Shown here: positions 37,077 through 50,300 of the stretch, one piece after another
Position numbering within the stretch: the stretch's first letter is position 1
Layout of the letters: each line of letters opens with the position of its first letter
Source: a virus
Lineage: Duplodnaviria > Caudoviricetes
Reading direction: 5' to 3' (one strand)
IMG/VR virus record: IMGVR_UViG_3300020161_000515
Span: 1 to 64,000 of that record
DNA length: 64,000 nucleotides
Made by a program: the position numbers and the translations under genes
The notes under the pieces: model-generated
The model's database searches: none
The model's input: only the letters and a program-made list of their open reading frames with translations
Told to the model about the DNA's origin: nothing

Positions 37077-39139
37077 TGTGATTGACCAAATAAGTCTCTA
37101 AGATATTTTATTTCTTTCTTGCTAACAGTGTTATTAACCGATAGATCAGACACAGTTTCACCAGTAACAGAAAACCCATCAGAAAAATATCTAAACATAT
37201 ATTGAACATTATGAGTTGGATCTCTAAACGCAGTTTTAGGAAGAACGTAATTTAACTCATATACAGAATAACGAATGTTGTATGTGACTTTGATACTTCC
37301 GGAACAACTAACCATTACTCCATTTTTATCAACTAATGCGAACTCATCAGGACGAAGATACTTTGTTCCGGTTATTCTGAAAGTTCGCTTATACCCATCA
37401 TACTCACCTTCATACACTTGAGATTTCTTTGCTCCAAATGCAACGTATATCCCACTAGACCCACCTTCTATTGGAACGTCAGGAGTAAAAGGTCCTATAG
37501 GACTCCAAGTGGGATCAATCGGTATAGATTTAAGTTTGCCTGAGTTGGCTGATTTGATTGGTAATGTCTCTGTATATGGTTGAACCTTGTTATAGACTTT
37601 AGTGGCCCTTAAAGATATGCTTTTAACATCACCACCAGAAGTATTTCCAAAGATTCCACTCTTTATACTGTATGCCGCTATGTCAAACTCATACTGACCA
37701 TATCCTTTTAAAAGAACATACTCTCTGACCTTAATATCTTTTGGCCCCATATCTTCTATGCGTGATTCATATTCTTCTTTAGCAGATATAGCCTCACACT
37801 GAACGACATAGTTCTCAGCAACGTAACCTTCTTTCTTCATATCAGGACAACAAGATGAATCTCTGTCAACCTGAACAGTTCCAACAGTTCCGTTTGAGTA
37901 TTCTAAGAAAAGCAATCCTTTAGATTTTTCTTCTTTATACTTTCTGCTTTCAGGAGAGTCATTGTTGTCAGGACAATAGTCGGTACTGAACTCTATCAAG
38001 TAGTCATATCTTTTTGCCGTATATGACACAACAACAGCACCGAAGTATTTTGGTTCTACAATCCAAATGTCTTTGGCTGCCTCAATAGCATTGGTATCTT
38101 TGTTATATGCAAGACTAGGAGCTCCCATAGAATTGGAATATTCGCCCTTAGTTGGATTCTTAAATTCAACATCTTCAGGATCATAAATAGCATAATACCC
38201 AGATCCTCTGAACTCTGACATATCCTCTATAATAACAGTTCCTTGTGCAGGATGCTGTAACGAAACAGAAGTAGATCCGTTGAAGATTAATGTTTCTTCA
38301 AAGTATTCAGAATAACCACCGTAGTCCTCAGTAGATGCAATAGGGCCTTTGATTATATCAATCTTAGATGCCTCAACTCCATACACATGAAGAACTTTAA
38401 TACAGCCATTTGATGCACCAGAAGAGGTCTGACCTGTAATCATGTTTCCAGATACAGGCTGCGTTTTATCATCAATCTTTTTCTTTTTATCGGAGCAACA
38501 CTGAGAATCTCTACCGCCTGATGCTGAAGAAGCACCATTTGAAAACAGAGCAGTTATGGTAAAATTTGTTTCTATTGGAGCTGTTACACCTTTAGTCTCA
38601 GGACATGGCAATCCATCAAGATTAACAAAATATAAAGTCTTGCTAGTAGAATAAGTAGCTACAAAATTACCATAGAACTTATCTGCATCATTTTCACTTA
38701 ATGAGATCATTCCTCCACTCTTAACAACTGGAGTTACATTAGATGATGATCCTACAAACTTCTTAGTAGAGTTAGGTAATATTTCTTCTTTTATTAATGT
38801 GAGATTAACTTCTGAGAACGAAACTCCACCTTTTGGAACTCCTGATGTTTGTGCCGTATTAGAACCTGATACAGATATTGTTTCTTTGAAAGATTCTGTT
38901 CCTCCACTAGAATGAGTAAATGATCCATGACCAGAATGAAATACTTGTGACGGAGCTTCTCCATACGAATGAAAGACTGTGACGCATTTGTTCTTAGCAA
39001 TGGACTCAGGAATCGCCACTTCTTTAGAAGATGAGTACCCACTTCTTATTGAAGGAACGGCTGATCCTGAGCTTGCTCCTTTGGCACTAGAAGTAAACTT
39101 ATAGGTCAAAGAAGCTGTTGCAAACTTATCCTCAGACAT
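37073..39139 (-). CDS. Tail-tip structural protein with three family S-like repeats
   Basis: Repeated units (C.KV.H.YG...F.ET....GS....L) separated by RDSQCC and RDSSCC linkers. Confidence 0.65.
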   Translation of the reverse strand: MSEDKFATASLTYKFTSSAKGASSGSAVPSIRSGYSSSKEVAIPESIAKNKCVTVFHSYGEAPSQVFHSGHGSFTHSSGGTESFKETISVSGSNTAQTSGVPKGGVSFSEVNLTLIKEEILPNSTKKFVGSSSNVTPVVKSGGMISLSENDADKFYGNFVATYSTSKTLYFVNLDGLPCPETKGVTAPIETNFTITALFSNGASSASGGRDSQCCSDKKKKIDDKTQPVSGNMITGQTSSGASNGCIKVLHVYGVEASKIDIIKGPIASTEDYGGYSEYFEETLIFNGSTSVSLQHPAQGTVIIEDMSEFRGSGYYAIYDPEDVEFKNPTKGEYSNSMGAPSLAYNKDTNAIEAAKDIWIVEPKYFGAVVVSYTAKRYDYLIEFSTDYCPDNNDSPESRKYKEEKSKGLLFLEYSNGTVGTVQVDRDSSCCPDMKKEGYVAENYVVQCEAISAKEEYESRIEDMGPKDIKVREYVLLKGYGQYEFDIAAYSIKSGIFGNTSGGDVKSISLRATKVYNKVQPYTETLPIKSANSGKLKSIPIDPTWSPIGPFTPDVPIEGGSSGIYVAFGAKKSQVYEGEYDGYKRTFRITGTKYLRPDEFALVDKNGVMVSCSGSIKVTYNIRYSVYELNYVLPKTAFRDPTHNVQYMFRYFSDGFSVTGETVSDLSVNNTVSKKEIKYLRDLFGQSQ

Positions 39140-39141
39140 TC

Positions 39142-40146
39142 TTATTCTGACTCGCCTTCAACCACGATAACGAATTTGTTGCCTGTGAAGCTTTGTGTTC
39201 CAGCAGGTACGATTCGTTTAAACCACAATGGAATTGATTGTGATACCGTCTTGAAAACAATGGTGTCATTAGCAGCGAATGTTCCAGATAGCCCAGCTAG
39301 TGGTAATCTGAAGTACGCAGCAGAATAAGTTGGATTGGTTGGTGCAATATCAGCGGCAGCAGATACAGAACCTAATGATCCAATGGTGTCACCAGAAATA
39401 GTAGCCTGGGTAGCACTTGTGAAAGTGATAGTCCAAGTTTGGTCAATGGTGGCCTTGGATGACAACTGAATAGGATGATCTGTGCTGTTATAAACACCAG
39501 CAGTAGATGACACTAAAAGATTAGTGATGCTGGTCTCAACGTCACCAGCCTGATAAACTGAAGAAACTCTTGTGTTAGATGATGTGTAAGCACTCACTAA
39601 CGGAGCAGCAAGTGTAATGGTTATCAAGTCATCTTGTCTGACTGGGTTGCCATTAACAGCATGATATTCTTCAGTAGTTCCGGCAGTTGTGTCGTCGATA
39701 GTTGCCTTGTTGCTGATTCTTATTAAATCACCATCTTTGAAAATATCAACAGTAGTGCTTTCAACCTGGACTACTATAGTAGATGCTCCAGCAGAAGCAT
39801 TTGAACTCAGGTGTCCGCACCCATAAACCCTTTCAGTACCAGTGATAGTAGATTGAGTATCAGTTTTAGTAGCAGGAAAAAAGAAGACCATATCCTGAGC
39901 TGGGGTTGGATTCTCAATATAAACTTTTGCATCTATCATCGGTAATGACTGAACAGGTTCTAACTGAGCGAATATCTTTCTAAACTTTTCAGAACCAGCG
40001 GCACGTTCTGCAAAGGTGATAACCGGAAAGAGTTGGTTAGATGCACCTGATATGATTTGAGTGTTGCTTCGTCTACCACCGTTGCCAGAAGTATCATTGT
40101 AGGCTAAGCTTTTGTAATATTTAATGTCTGTTCTTTCAATTGACAT
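39142..40146 (-). CDS. Conserved tail-tip protein (distant family R relative)
   Basis: DIKYYKS..NDTSGNGGR...I.SG.SNQLFP.I...ER..G...RKIF, a motif recurrent in genes following Dit-like genes in long-tailed proteobacterial phages and prophages. C-terminal IPLWFKR.VPAG like family R. Confidence 0.7.
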   Translation of the reverse strand: MSIERTDIKYYKSLAYNDTSGNGGRRSNTQIISGASNQLFPVITFAERAAGSEKFRKIFAQLEPVQSLPMIDAKVYIENPTPAQDMVFFFPATKTDTQSTITGTERVYGCGHLSSNASAGASTIVVQVESTTVDIFKDGDLIRISNKATIDDTTAGTTEEYHAVNGNPVRQDDLITITLAAPLVSAYTSSNTRVSSVYQAGDVETSITNLLVSSTAGVYNSTDHPIQLSSKATIDQTWTITFTSATQATISGDTIGSLGSVSAAADIAPTNPTYSAAYFRLPLAGLSGTFAANDTIVFKTVSQSIPLWFKRIVPAGTQSFTGNKFVIVVEGESE

Positions 40147-40187
40147 ACTAACCTCAGATTGTTATTAATTTAATTTAATAATAGATA

Positions 40188-40922
40188 TTAATCATCTATT
40201 TCTACTTTATAATCTATAAGAGCTGTATAAACTTTAGGATCAATATATTCTTTATACAATTCAGCAACTCTTTTAATTTCAGATTCTTTAGCTTCTTTAT
40301 AGGCTTGAAAGGCTAATAACTCGGTTTCAAAACATCCTAAATAAATATTTTCATTATTTATTCTACAATCAGCTCTATATGAATTTTTACATCTAGTATT
40401 AATGCTAACACCTATTGGAAGACCTCCTCTAGAAGATCCACATTTTGTAAAAAGCTTATTAACATCTTGTGGAACTAAACAACACCTTTCTTTTGAATAA
40501 AGTTTATTGCCTTTTATTAAAATATCTTTATCTAATTGCCAATTTAATAATGAACCTACCATCTGTTCATAATCGTGTGCAAAATTCTGAAAGTTGTACC
40601 AAGATTCTGAAACAAAACAACCTTCGTATGTAGGATGATCTTTTAAAGAAAGAGTATCATAACATCTTTGAAGCAAATTAGTCCAGATACTATAAAGTTT
40701 TTTATGTGAATTTTTTGAAAAATTTCCTACACCATAAAAGCCTATTCCACAAACAGAAGGAAAATAAGGATTTTTTACATTTCCTTTTCTTAAATTACCT
40801 GTTTCACAATAAGTTTCATAACCATCTTCAAAAATAACTCTTACATTAAGAGCGTTTAAATACTCTACAACAGTACAAAGACCTGAATTTGTTTTAAAAA
40901 CATCGCCAACAGATGGTTTCAT
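40188..40922 (-). mobile_element. Free-standing homing endonuclease, HNH-type with C-terminal AP2-like DNA-binding domain
   Basis: YSIW..LLQRCY...PTYEGC.VSESW.NFQNF...WQLDKDIL.KGNK.YS...C..VP..VN and the AP2-like Y...C.......YLG.F.T...AF.AY. Visibly more AT-rich than flanking genes. Confidence 0.85.
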
Positions 40923-40943
40923 CGTAATACCTATTAATAAATT

Positions 40944-41318
40944 TTAAAGAGTTATTAGTTTTATAGTACCGAAATGATAATCAGATGGTTCTTCACCATC
41001 TACGAATGGTTCAAGCTCAACAGCAGGACTATCTTGATGCCTAAACATGACATTAGCAAAAAACCCATGATACTCGAAAGTATAAGACATTCCTGAAGAG
41101 TTTGCTAGTGCTATTATTGAGTCTACTTGAGAGGCAGTAAGCCAGCCTTGAGTCTGAGTAGCCTGCAACGTGATGTGTCGCCCATTAACAGCAGCAACAG
41201 ATTGCATAATAGTCTTTCCACCAAGAGTAACGACTGAGCCTTGATATACTGGACTATGTTTATGCTTGTCACTCCAGATCATCTCTGGAGGAAGTATTAA
41301 GTTTGATATTTTTATCAT
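40944..41318 (-). CDS. Distal tail (Dit)-like protein
   Basis: W.D....SPV.Q..V.TLGG......A..GR.ITL....GW......V.FRH.D..AVE..P motif. Lies immediately after the TMP with an ATGA overlap. Confidence 0.7.
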   Translation of the reverse strand: MIKISNLILPPEMIWSDKHKHSPVYQGSVVTLGGKTIMQSVAAVNGRHITLQATQTQGWLTASQVDSIIALANSSGMSYTFEYHGFFANVMFRHQDSPAVELEPFVDGEEPSDYHFGTIKLITL

Positions 41319-44300
41319 CTTACGTTCTTCAATACTTTTAAGAGTTCGTGAGCTGTATCTCTATCTGACTTCATAGAGAATGGATTTGGATTATCGCCAA
41401 CCTTCAAATGAACCTCAACAACATCGTGCGAATCGTTTGAGGCTGGCTTAGAAGTCTGAACATATCCACCTGAGCTATAATGTGCGATAGCTCTTGGGTC
41501 ATAGTTTAAGCTAGAAGTTACTGAACTCCTAATGCCTGATATTACTCCACCACTTTGTTTAAACTGCAGAACACCATTGTTTAAGGCATCCATGAAGTTG
41601 ATGCCAAACTTGTTAACAGCAGTCTTACGCATTATAAACTCACCAGCCTCAAGCATGGCAGGAACTTTGTCACCATCACCAGCACCAGGAACAACTGAGT
41701 AGTTTGGCTTAGTGAATACGTCTCCACCAGTGGCAAAATGAGCCACCTGCATAGGTTCTATGACACCTCCGAAGTGGTGGCCTGGAGCTCCTGATGAAGT
41801 GTATCTAGTAACAATGTCAACCACCTTTCCACGAATATCATTAATCGCAGATTTAATTCTATCAAGAACTGAAGTAGCCTTATCTTGAACTTCTATAGGA
41901 ATCTTGGCATTGGCAGCGGTAAGCTCTGATAACTTCTGAGCAACCTTCTCAAGTTCTGGTGAAGCATTATCTGTTATAAAAATACCGTTTTCTTTAGTGG
42001 CTTGTAACTTGGTATTGATGGTAGATAACTTAGTCATTATCTCTTCTGAACCAGGGAACGATACTGGCATATTAAAACCATCAACAGCCTGAGTCACCCA
42101 TGATTCTTTTAATGCTGATAACTTTTGTTCTGCTGGAGCTGTATCAGCGTTTATCTTTATACCTTTTTCAGATACATCTGTAAATGCCTGTGATACCTCA
42201 GTGACCTTGGTTTTCAACTGATCTAGTTCGTCTCTTGTTCCAGGTAGTCCTATTGTTCCAACAGGTAGGTTTATTTTAAATTTATCATCAGCATTTACCT
42301 GATCTGGAAGTTGTTTTAATTCTTCAGAAGCCTTATTTACATCAACAGTAGGTTCAATTTTTATAGTAGATGCAACATTGGTTACTACTTCGGTAAGTTC
42401 TTCTAAATTTGACATTCCTCTATCAATAGCAGCCTTTGGAATTATTTCTGCATTGACAGGAGTATTGATCTTATTGGTAAGCTCTACTAATTGATTACCA
42501 ACATCCATCAAGTTTTGTTGATAGTCTTTTATACCTGAATCAGGTACTGTAGAAGCCTTGCCAAGAAACTCTATAGCCTTAACCTTAACAGCATCTAACG
42601 ATTGTGATAGTCCGTTTTTAACTAAGTCATTATAGGCAGATAATTTTGAGTATGCCTCAGGCGAAACAACTCCAGTTATCTTACCACTCTCTAATGTGGC
42701 CTGACTAACCCGTAAGTTTCGCATAGCATTATCAATTAATCCTAACTGGTTTTTAAGACTATCAAGGTCAGATACATCAGCTATTTCACCAATACTTATT
42801 CCAGTAAAACCCATTAAAACATTTTTAGCGAATGTTGCATTACTAGATAGTTTAGTAAATCCATCTAAAGTAGTAGCATCAACCAATGGAGGAACTTTCG
42901 GTATTGTATCTACTTGTTGTTTTATGGTTGAGGCAAATTCTAGGAATTTCTGCAAGTTTGGATTAATGTCAACTTGAGGTTCTATTTTAATAGTACCCGC
43001 AGTCTTTTCTACCGCTAGAGTTAATTCCTTTAGTTTCTCTATTCCGCCAGTAATATTACTGTCAGGCAGAAAATTAAAATCTGCAGGTTGAGCCAATTTT
43101 GCAACTAATTTATCAACTTGTTTACTTGTATGCTCCATGCTGTAGTCAAACGATTGAAATGTATCTTGAAACATAGAATCAGGAATCTTAAAGACTTCAC
43201 CTGTTTTTACATCAATCTCAGCTAACGATTTAACAATTCCATTTTTTAGAAGCTCATTATAAGCAGTTAATTTTTCATACTCACCATCTTTTAGCCCTCC
43301 AGATATCTTGAGAGCATCCAGCATAGAGTGAACTTTAAGTACGTCATAGTATGCTGCATCTACTTTAAAAAGTTCCTTCTCAAGATTTCTCCAGCTATTT
43401 CCTTGCTCTTGTATTCCTTGGATACTTATTCCTGTAAATTCTTTAAGAACACCTTCAGCAAACTTAACATCTTCAGACATCTTAGCAAAGCCAGATAATG
43501 TGGTAGCGTCTACTAATTTTGGAAACTTAGGTACATCTAGTATGTTTTTGTTTAGTGTTGTAGTGAAGTTTAAGAAAGATTGTAATGCTGGAGCTGTATC
43601 TACTTTAGGTATGAAAGGTTCAGCTTTCATTAATCCAGTAAATTCTTTGAACTTTTCTGCAACAGGTTGTAATGCCTGAACAAGTGAGTCTGGTGAAACT
43701 GGTTGAATAACAGGTGGTTCTATAGGCGGTAATTCAACTTTAGGTATCTCAACCGTAGGAGTTATTACCACAGGTGGCACTTCTGCTTTAGGTATCTCTA
43801 CCTTAGGCATTTCTATTTTAGGAGTTATTACTACAGGTGGTATTTCTGCTTTAGGTACTTCAACCTTGGGTATTTCAACTTTAGGTGCTACCACTATCGG
43901 TTTATTTAAAAGATCAGTTTGAGTCTTAAGAATAAGCTCATTCATATCTTTAAGCCTTTGGCTACCTTGTTCTATTCCATCAGTGGTCACGCTAAGGCTT
44001 ATTGCTCTATTTTTAGTATAGTCGAAAGATTCTTGTAACTTTCCTTTCATTATATCTATGACTTCATTCACTTTCGTAAACTCTTTTATGTCAATAGCTC
44101 CACTTGAAAAGTCAGCAGCAAGAGCAGTTTGAACTTTATCTAGATCAGCTACAGCATTTGAAACATCTTGAAGTTGTTTTTCAGCCTCACTAAAATTAGA
44201 TATTACTCCTATATTTAACTTATCGTATCTAGTCAAGGCTTGTAAGGCATTATCAAAGGCTCTGGTATCCACCATTGCTTCTTTTAGCTTGGTAGTATCA

Positions 44301-47300
44301 ATGCTGAAAGCCTGTCTAGCTGATGGTTCAACCTTGGTATAGGTGACCATTGATTTTTGAAGATCACCAGCTAATTTCAATCCATCTGAATACTTGCTAA
44401 CACCATCAGTAAGAACTCTTACAGCTTTGTTAGTCTGTTCAAATTCTCTTGATTGAGCAGTTGCGAACTTAGCGGAATCAATCTCTTTGACTTTCATTCC
44501 AAGAGCGTCATACACCGCTATAACGTTGCCTAATTTATCTTTGACATTATTAAGCGATTCAGTTTTGAAATCTAATGGAACAGGTTTGGCTAAAGTGTTT
44601 TTAACAGTCTCAACAATAGGAGCCTGTTTAGCCATTTCATTCCCAACATTTGTGGCAGCAGCGGCAATACCTTCCACTCCGGCAGCAGCACCTTTGGCAG
44701 AATCTTCAATAGCTTTTGCTCCAGCGGCAACCTGTTCTCCTGATTTCTTTGCTGCATCTCCTTGTTGCTCAGTAGAAGTTTTAGCTTCGTCAGTCTTGGT
44801 TTTAAGCTCAACCATGCTCTTAGGCACGTTTTTAGCAGATTCTGCAATAGCTCTATTCTTAGCTTCAACGGCATCTAAGGCTGGTTGTAATGCCATAGCT
44901 GTTTCAGAAGCCCTGCCATAATCTAACAATTCTGTAGACTTTCTTACACGATCTATGACTCGTATCTGCTCTTCAATAGCCATAGTGGTAGTACGAATGT
45001 TCTTTTTAAATTCGTCATTACCAGAAGTCCTTCCTAGATTTTTATACATGTCCTCTAGGTCTTTTTTGACTTTCTTCAGAGCTTCTAGATCAAGATCTTT
45101 TGCAGCGTCTTTTACTACATTTGTTTGACCTTCTTTTAATCCTTTTCCAAGCTCTATATCTACCTTTATAGGTATTACTGATAGTATGTCAGTAAAATGT
45201 TTTGAGGCTTCTTTAGCCTTAGCTGCAATATCTTCTTTATTTAGAACAAGATCAAGCCCTTTCATCTCAGTAAAAGTATCTAACTGACCTTGCATCAACT
45301 CTTTATAAGTTTTTACATCATCTAAAGCCTTGGTCAAAGAAGCCTTTTGCTTTTCATTTTTAACTTCTGGCAGTATAAGAGATAACGCATCTTCTAGCTT
45401 CTGAAGATCTTTTACTTGATCTTCAGCAAGCCTTGATGTTAGTTCCAATTGTTTCTGAGCGTTACCTGAATCCCAAGATGAATCTAAGACATCATTGAAC
45501 GCACTTGCAAAATTTGACTGAGCTAGGTTGGCTTCTGCGACAGCTTTCTCAAGATTATTATAATAATCTATAGCAGCCATATTCTCGGTTGCAGATTTTA
45601 TAGGTGCTGCATTCTTTACTAGCTCATCTCTCTTTTCAATAACAGCATTAAGTTCTTCTAAAGCCTTTTTATCGTCAAGCAATCCTTTCTGGATACTAAC
45701 AGTGCCATTAGCAATATCCGCAAAACCTCCAGATTTTACTGCTAACTTCTCAAATAACGAAATAAGCTTCTCAATAGCTGCAACCATTTTATCGCTTGTT
45801 TCTTGTATTATTTGTCCAGTCTTTGCTATCTCCTCCTGAAGTTTTCTTTGTGCCTCCACAAGCATTTGAGTTGCGCCATCTTTAGCAGAATTCCAAATGC
45901 TTCGGATTTCATCAACCTGTTGTTTAACAGAAGTGACTAATCCACTATCACCTGATTTAGCAATGTCAGATTGTTTAGCCTTTAGTAGATCAGCAGCCTC
46001 TTCTGCAAGACTCATTGCCTTGGCATAATGACCAGCTTCTGCTTCTGTTCTAGCCTCAGCAGACTTTTTAGTAGCTTCTACCTTAGCCTGCTCAATGCTA
46101 TCAAATCCTCCCATGTCAAAAGGATCTTTAGAAATTGCAGTTGAAAACTTATCCAATGACTTATTGAACGAAACTGCCTTAGCCTCTAGTGAGTTAATAG
46201 CGGTAGCTAAATTCTCGCTTTGAGAAATCATCTGATCCATTGACTCTTTATACACATCTTCAGATTTCTTAAGAGTGGCTATAAATTTGTTATATGAATC
46301 TATCTGAGCTTCAGCAAGACCAGCAGAACCTGTTCCAGTAACACTGGTCTCAGCTAATGCCTTTCTTATTGACTCTTCTTTCCGTAGTGATTCCGTTATT
46401 ATAGTTTCACGTCTTTGATTTTGCTCTATTATCCTATCTGTTACAAAAGCCTCGTAAGTACCAGTTTCATCTGCCTTCAGTTTCTCAGCGGCTATTGTAG
46501 CCTTGGTAGTTCTGGATAATAAATCCAACTTAGTTTTATTTATTTCAGCATCTTTTCTAGCATTAGCATCTAATTGTTTATCTATAGAATCAAAGGCTTT
46601 TTTGTAGTCAGATTCTATTTTTTTAGAAACTTCGCCAGCAGATTTTTCAAGCTCTTTAAATGACTCTTCTAATTTCGCAGTATTGGTTTGCAGTTCTAAC
46701 GAAACTGCTATTACTGATTTAATGTCTCCGGTGTCACTAAGAGACTTTTTAAAATCTTTTATTTCTTTCTCAAACTTCTCAGTTAATTGGTTTATCTCTG
46801 TTTGACCAATTTTTCCTTGGGCTACAAGCCTGTCAATCCAAAGTTTTAAACGTTCTGAAATAGCGTCATCTAACTGGGCGTCCTTAGTGATATACGATAA
46901 ACTTTCCAAAGATTGTCTGAACGCAGATACCATCACTTCTGTATTGGCTAATACTTCTTGAGAATCTTGTGCTGAAAACTCTGCTTTCTTTAGCCATCTG
47001 TTCTTGTTTTTATTTAAAGCATCTGCAAGTATTAATGCCTTTGCATCTATCGCTTGAACAAGAGTTTCTATACTTGTCTTTTCTATTTCTTGTCTGCTCT
47101 TAGATACGAACTTTTCCATAGCTAATGGATCAATAATTCCATTTTCCATTAGCTTCAGTCTGGTAGTTTCTTTTAATCCGGCAAATGCAACGTCAATCCC
47201 TTCAAGTTTTATTCCATTCATTTTATAAGTAAATGTTACATCTTTGTTGCCAGTTTTCTCAAAGATGCTTTTTATCTTATCTATTTTTTCTTTAGAAATC

Positions 47301-50300
47301 GTGTCACCTTTTATATCAAGATCAATATTAGATGCACCTCTTTTACTAGCCTCAATCCAGTTTTTTAAAGCCTTTTCAGCATCCTTAATATCGTTTGCAT
47401 ACTTAACCATAGATTCAGATTGCTTATCCATGTTAAGAGCAGTTTCTTTAGCACGTTCTACTTGCGTAAAGTATCTGTATAAACCATAAACAGCAGTACC
47501 TAGAGCAGCCAGGGCTATTATTGCAGCGATGTATGGATTAGCCATCATAGACAAGCTTAATGCCATAAATGCTTCTGAAAGCACTCCAAGACTAGCAGTT
47601 GCCATTGCTAATCTTCCTACTAGCACCGCTAGTCCTGTTCCAAATCCAGCAATAGTCTTAGCAATGCCAGTCATTATTGTTGAACCAAGAAGCAGTAGTG
47701 CAGATCCGAAAGAGTTTACCTTTTCTCTTAATACTGAAACACCTGCGGCAGCAGACTTAGACGCTCCAACTGCCAGAGCAGCCTCACCTGTCATAACTTG
47801 ACCAGCAGCAATGACTGTCTGAGTTGTTCCTAAAGTCTTAGTAGCTGAGGTAAGCCCGTTCATGACTACTGTAGCTCTAGCAGCAGAGCTACCCAAGACA
47901 TTCAATGCAGCGGCATGAGCAAACGTAGAAGCAGCAGAAATTCCAGTGGCGGCAGCCTCAGCATGTAGAAGCACTATGCCAGCGGCTAATGTTTTCATAA
48001 AGATATTCATAGCCCCAACAAACTGAGCTACTGGAACTATTACTAAGAACCATGCGAAGGTCATTGATCCTAATGCAGCCATAGCAGCAGCAATAGAAGC
48101 GGCAACAACATCTAGCACTTTAGCAACAGGGCCTAGTGCGCTATGAATATTTGCGAAAGTTTGGACAACTGATGTTCCTACATCTAACAAAAGTTTTAAA
48201 GGGCCTTCTAGATTGGATGAGATTGTGTGCATCAAACTTTGAATTGATCTTGTAAACAATTCAAATTTTCCTTGCAATGTGTTCTGCATTACATCTGCCA
48301 TTGCAGCAGTTGTTCCACCAGCAGTATCTAGCCTACCTATAAATTCGTCTAATGCACCAGATCCTTGTCTTAGTAATGCAGCAACACCAGGACCAGCTCT
48401 TTGACCAAACAACGCTAGAACTTCATCTGATTTTATTCCAGCCTTTTCTAATTGACGTAATACTTCCGCAAAGCCTATAAAGTCACCATTGGCATTTTTA
48501 ATCTGTAATCCTGCACCACCTATTCTGTCGCCAAGATCACTCATCAACTTGGCTTCTTCTTTGGTTGGATTGAATAAATGCTCTAACATTCCGCGTAATG
48601 CAGTACCAGCCATTGTGCCTTGTAGGCCAGCATTAGATAAAACACCAATAGTTCCTACAGTTTCTTGTAACGAAACCCCAAACCCTTTGGATAACGCACC
48701 AACGTATGTAAATGCGTGTCCTATATCTGAAACACTGGCAGTAGATTCGTTAGCGGCTTTTACTAGAACATCTGAAGCTACGGATGTTTCTTTAACAGAT
48801 AATCCATAAGTATTCATCATGTGGGTTACAGTGGTGGCAGCCTCACCTACACCGATAGCAGCACCTTGGGCTAATCTAAGTACAGTAGGTAAAGCACCTA
48901 TAGCATCTTTAGCTGAAAAACCAGCCCTTGATAATTCTTCTAAACCTTTAGTAGCTTCTACTGGACTAAATCTTGAAAACGCTGTCAAGTTAAGAGTTGT
49001 ATGAACCAGTTCTTTCATTGATTCGTTAGAAGCCTCAGTAACACCTTGGACGACACCCATTGCATCACTGAAAGAAGAAAAGTCTTTTACTGCCTTAGCA
49101 AAAGGAGCAAGCATGGCCTGACCCATCATCATGATACCCATTGACCATGTGACAACACCAGATCTTAATCGAACGAATTGATCCTCTAACTCAGTTAGAC
49201 CCATTTCTAGGTCTTTGATTGCATTTTTAGAAACTCCTAAATCTTTAGCCAGATTAGTGAAGTAGTTGCTAATCATTTTAGATAACAACGATCCTTCTTC
49301 AGTAACAGCTCTCATGGTGGCTCGTAAGCCAACAAGTTGTTCTATAGCCTTGCTGAAAACAGAAGTAGATTTTAGAATTTCTGAGTTCATCTCAGAAGTG
49401 TTACCTAATCCTATTCTCTGAGACTGCATTCTTACCTGCATCTCATCAAGTGATTTCAAAATAGTCTTAATGCTTTCTTCTGCATTATTAGCATTAAGCT
49501 TAATATTGTATTCTTTCTCTAGACTGGCAACAAACTCTTTATCTATTTTTAAAAGTTTTTCAAACTGAGTAAAGGCTTCTGAATTAAGTCTGATATTAGT
49601 GAAGTATTCTTGAAGCCTTGTTACTTCTTTTTCTGCAGTAGCTAGATCTTTTAATACTTCTTTTATCTGTAAATTAGAAAACTTTAACTCAAAGTTGGTA
49701 GCCTGTTTAGCATTGAAGATATGTGCATTATTTAATGTTGCCGCTACTTCACCTATTCTAGTCAATTCACTAGATAAGTTCTTTAGCTGTCCTGGCAACT
49801 CTTTCATGGAAGTTTGCATACCACGAAACATCGTGGTCTCATTAACTTTCTTCATTCCATCGGCTAGTGTCTTAGTAACACCACCTAATTCAGAAAGAAC
49901 AACTTTTAAAGCATTTGCTCTAGTAGTCTCTGAGACAGTTTCGTCAGTTAAGATTTTTAACTGATTTATAAGCGTTTCTATTCCGGAAACATTAATTCCA
50001 AAGGATGAAAATAAAGATCTGAAATCTTCAAATGATTTGGTAAGAACACTAAGAGTATTTAAAACTTCTGTTCCATTAAGTCTGATATGTAGTGACTCAT
50101 CAGCCGTACCAGAAGCCATCTGTTTTAGGTAATTGAAACTACTAACAACAGTGGAAATTGCTGCAGATATTGAAACTTCAGATTGTTTAGCAGAAGCATT
50201 TAATTTGTTGAATAAGTTTACATTTGTGCCTTCTGCACTTAACTGGGTTAAAGTCTGAACCATCTTGCTCAGATTTGACTCTAATCCTTTAATTGATGAT

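Noticed and set aside
40147-40943. Group I intron housing the HNH gene
   Set aside because: The flanking ORFs are complete separate genes with their own starts and stops, and the 41 nt and 21 nt spacers are too short for an intron core.
32583-41318. Contractile tail, T6SS or eCIS interpretation
   Set aside because: I recognised no sheath, gp25, baseplate J or PAAR motifs. The TP901-type TMP, G/GT frameshift and Dit-like gene fit a long-tailed phage. A sheath outside the window cannot be excluded.
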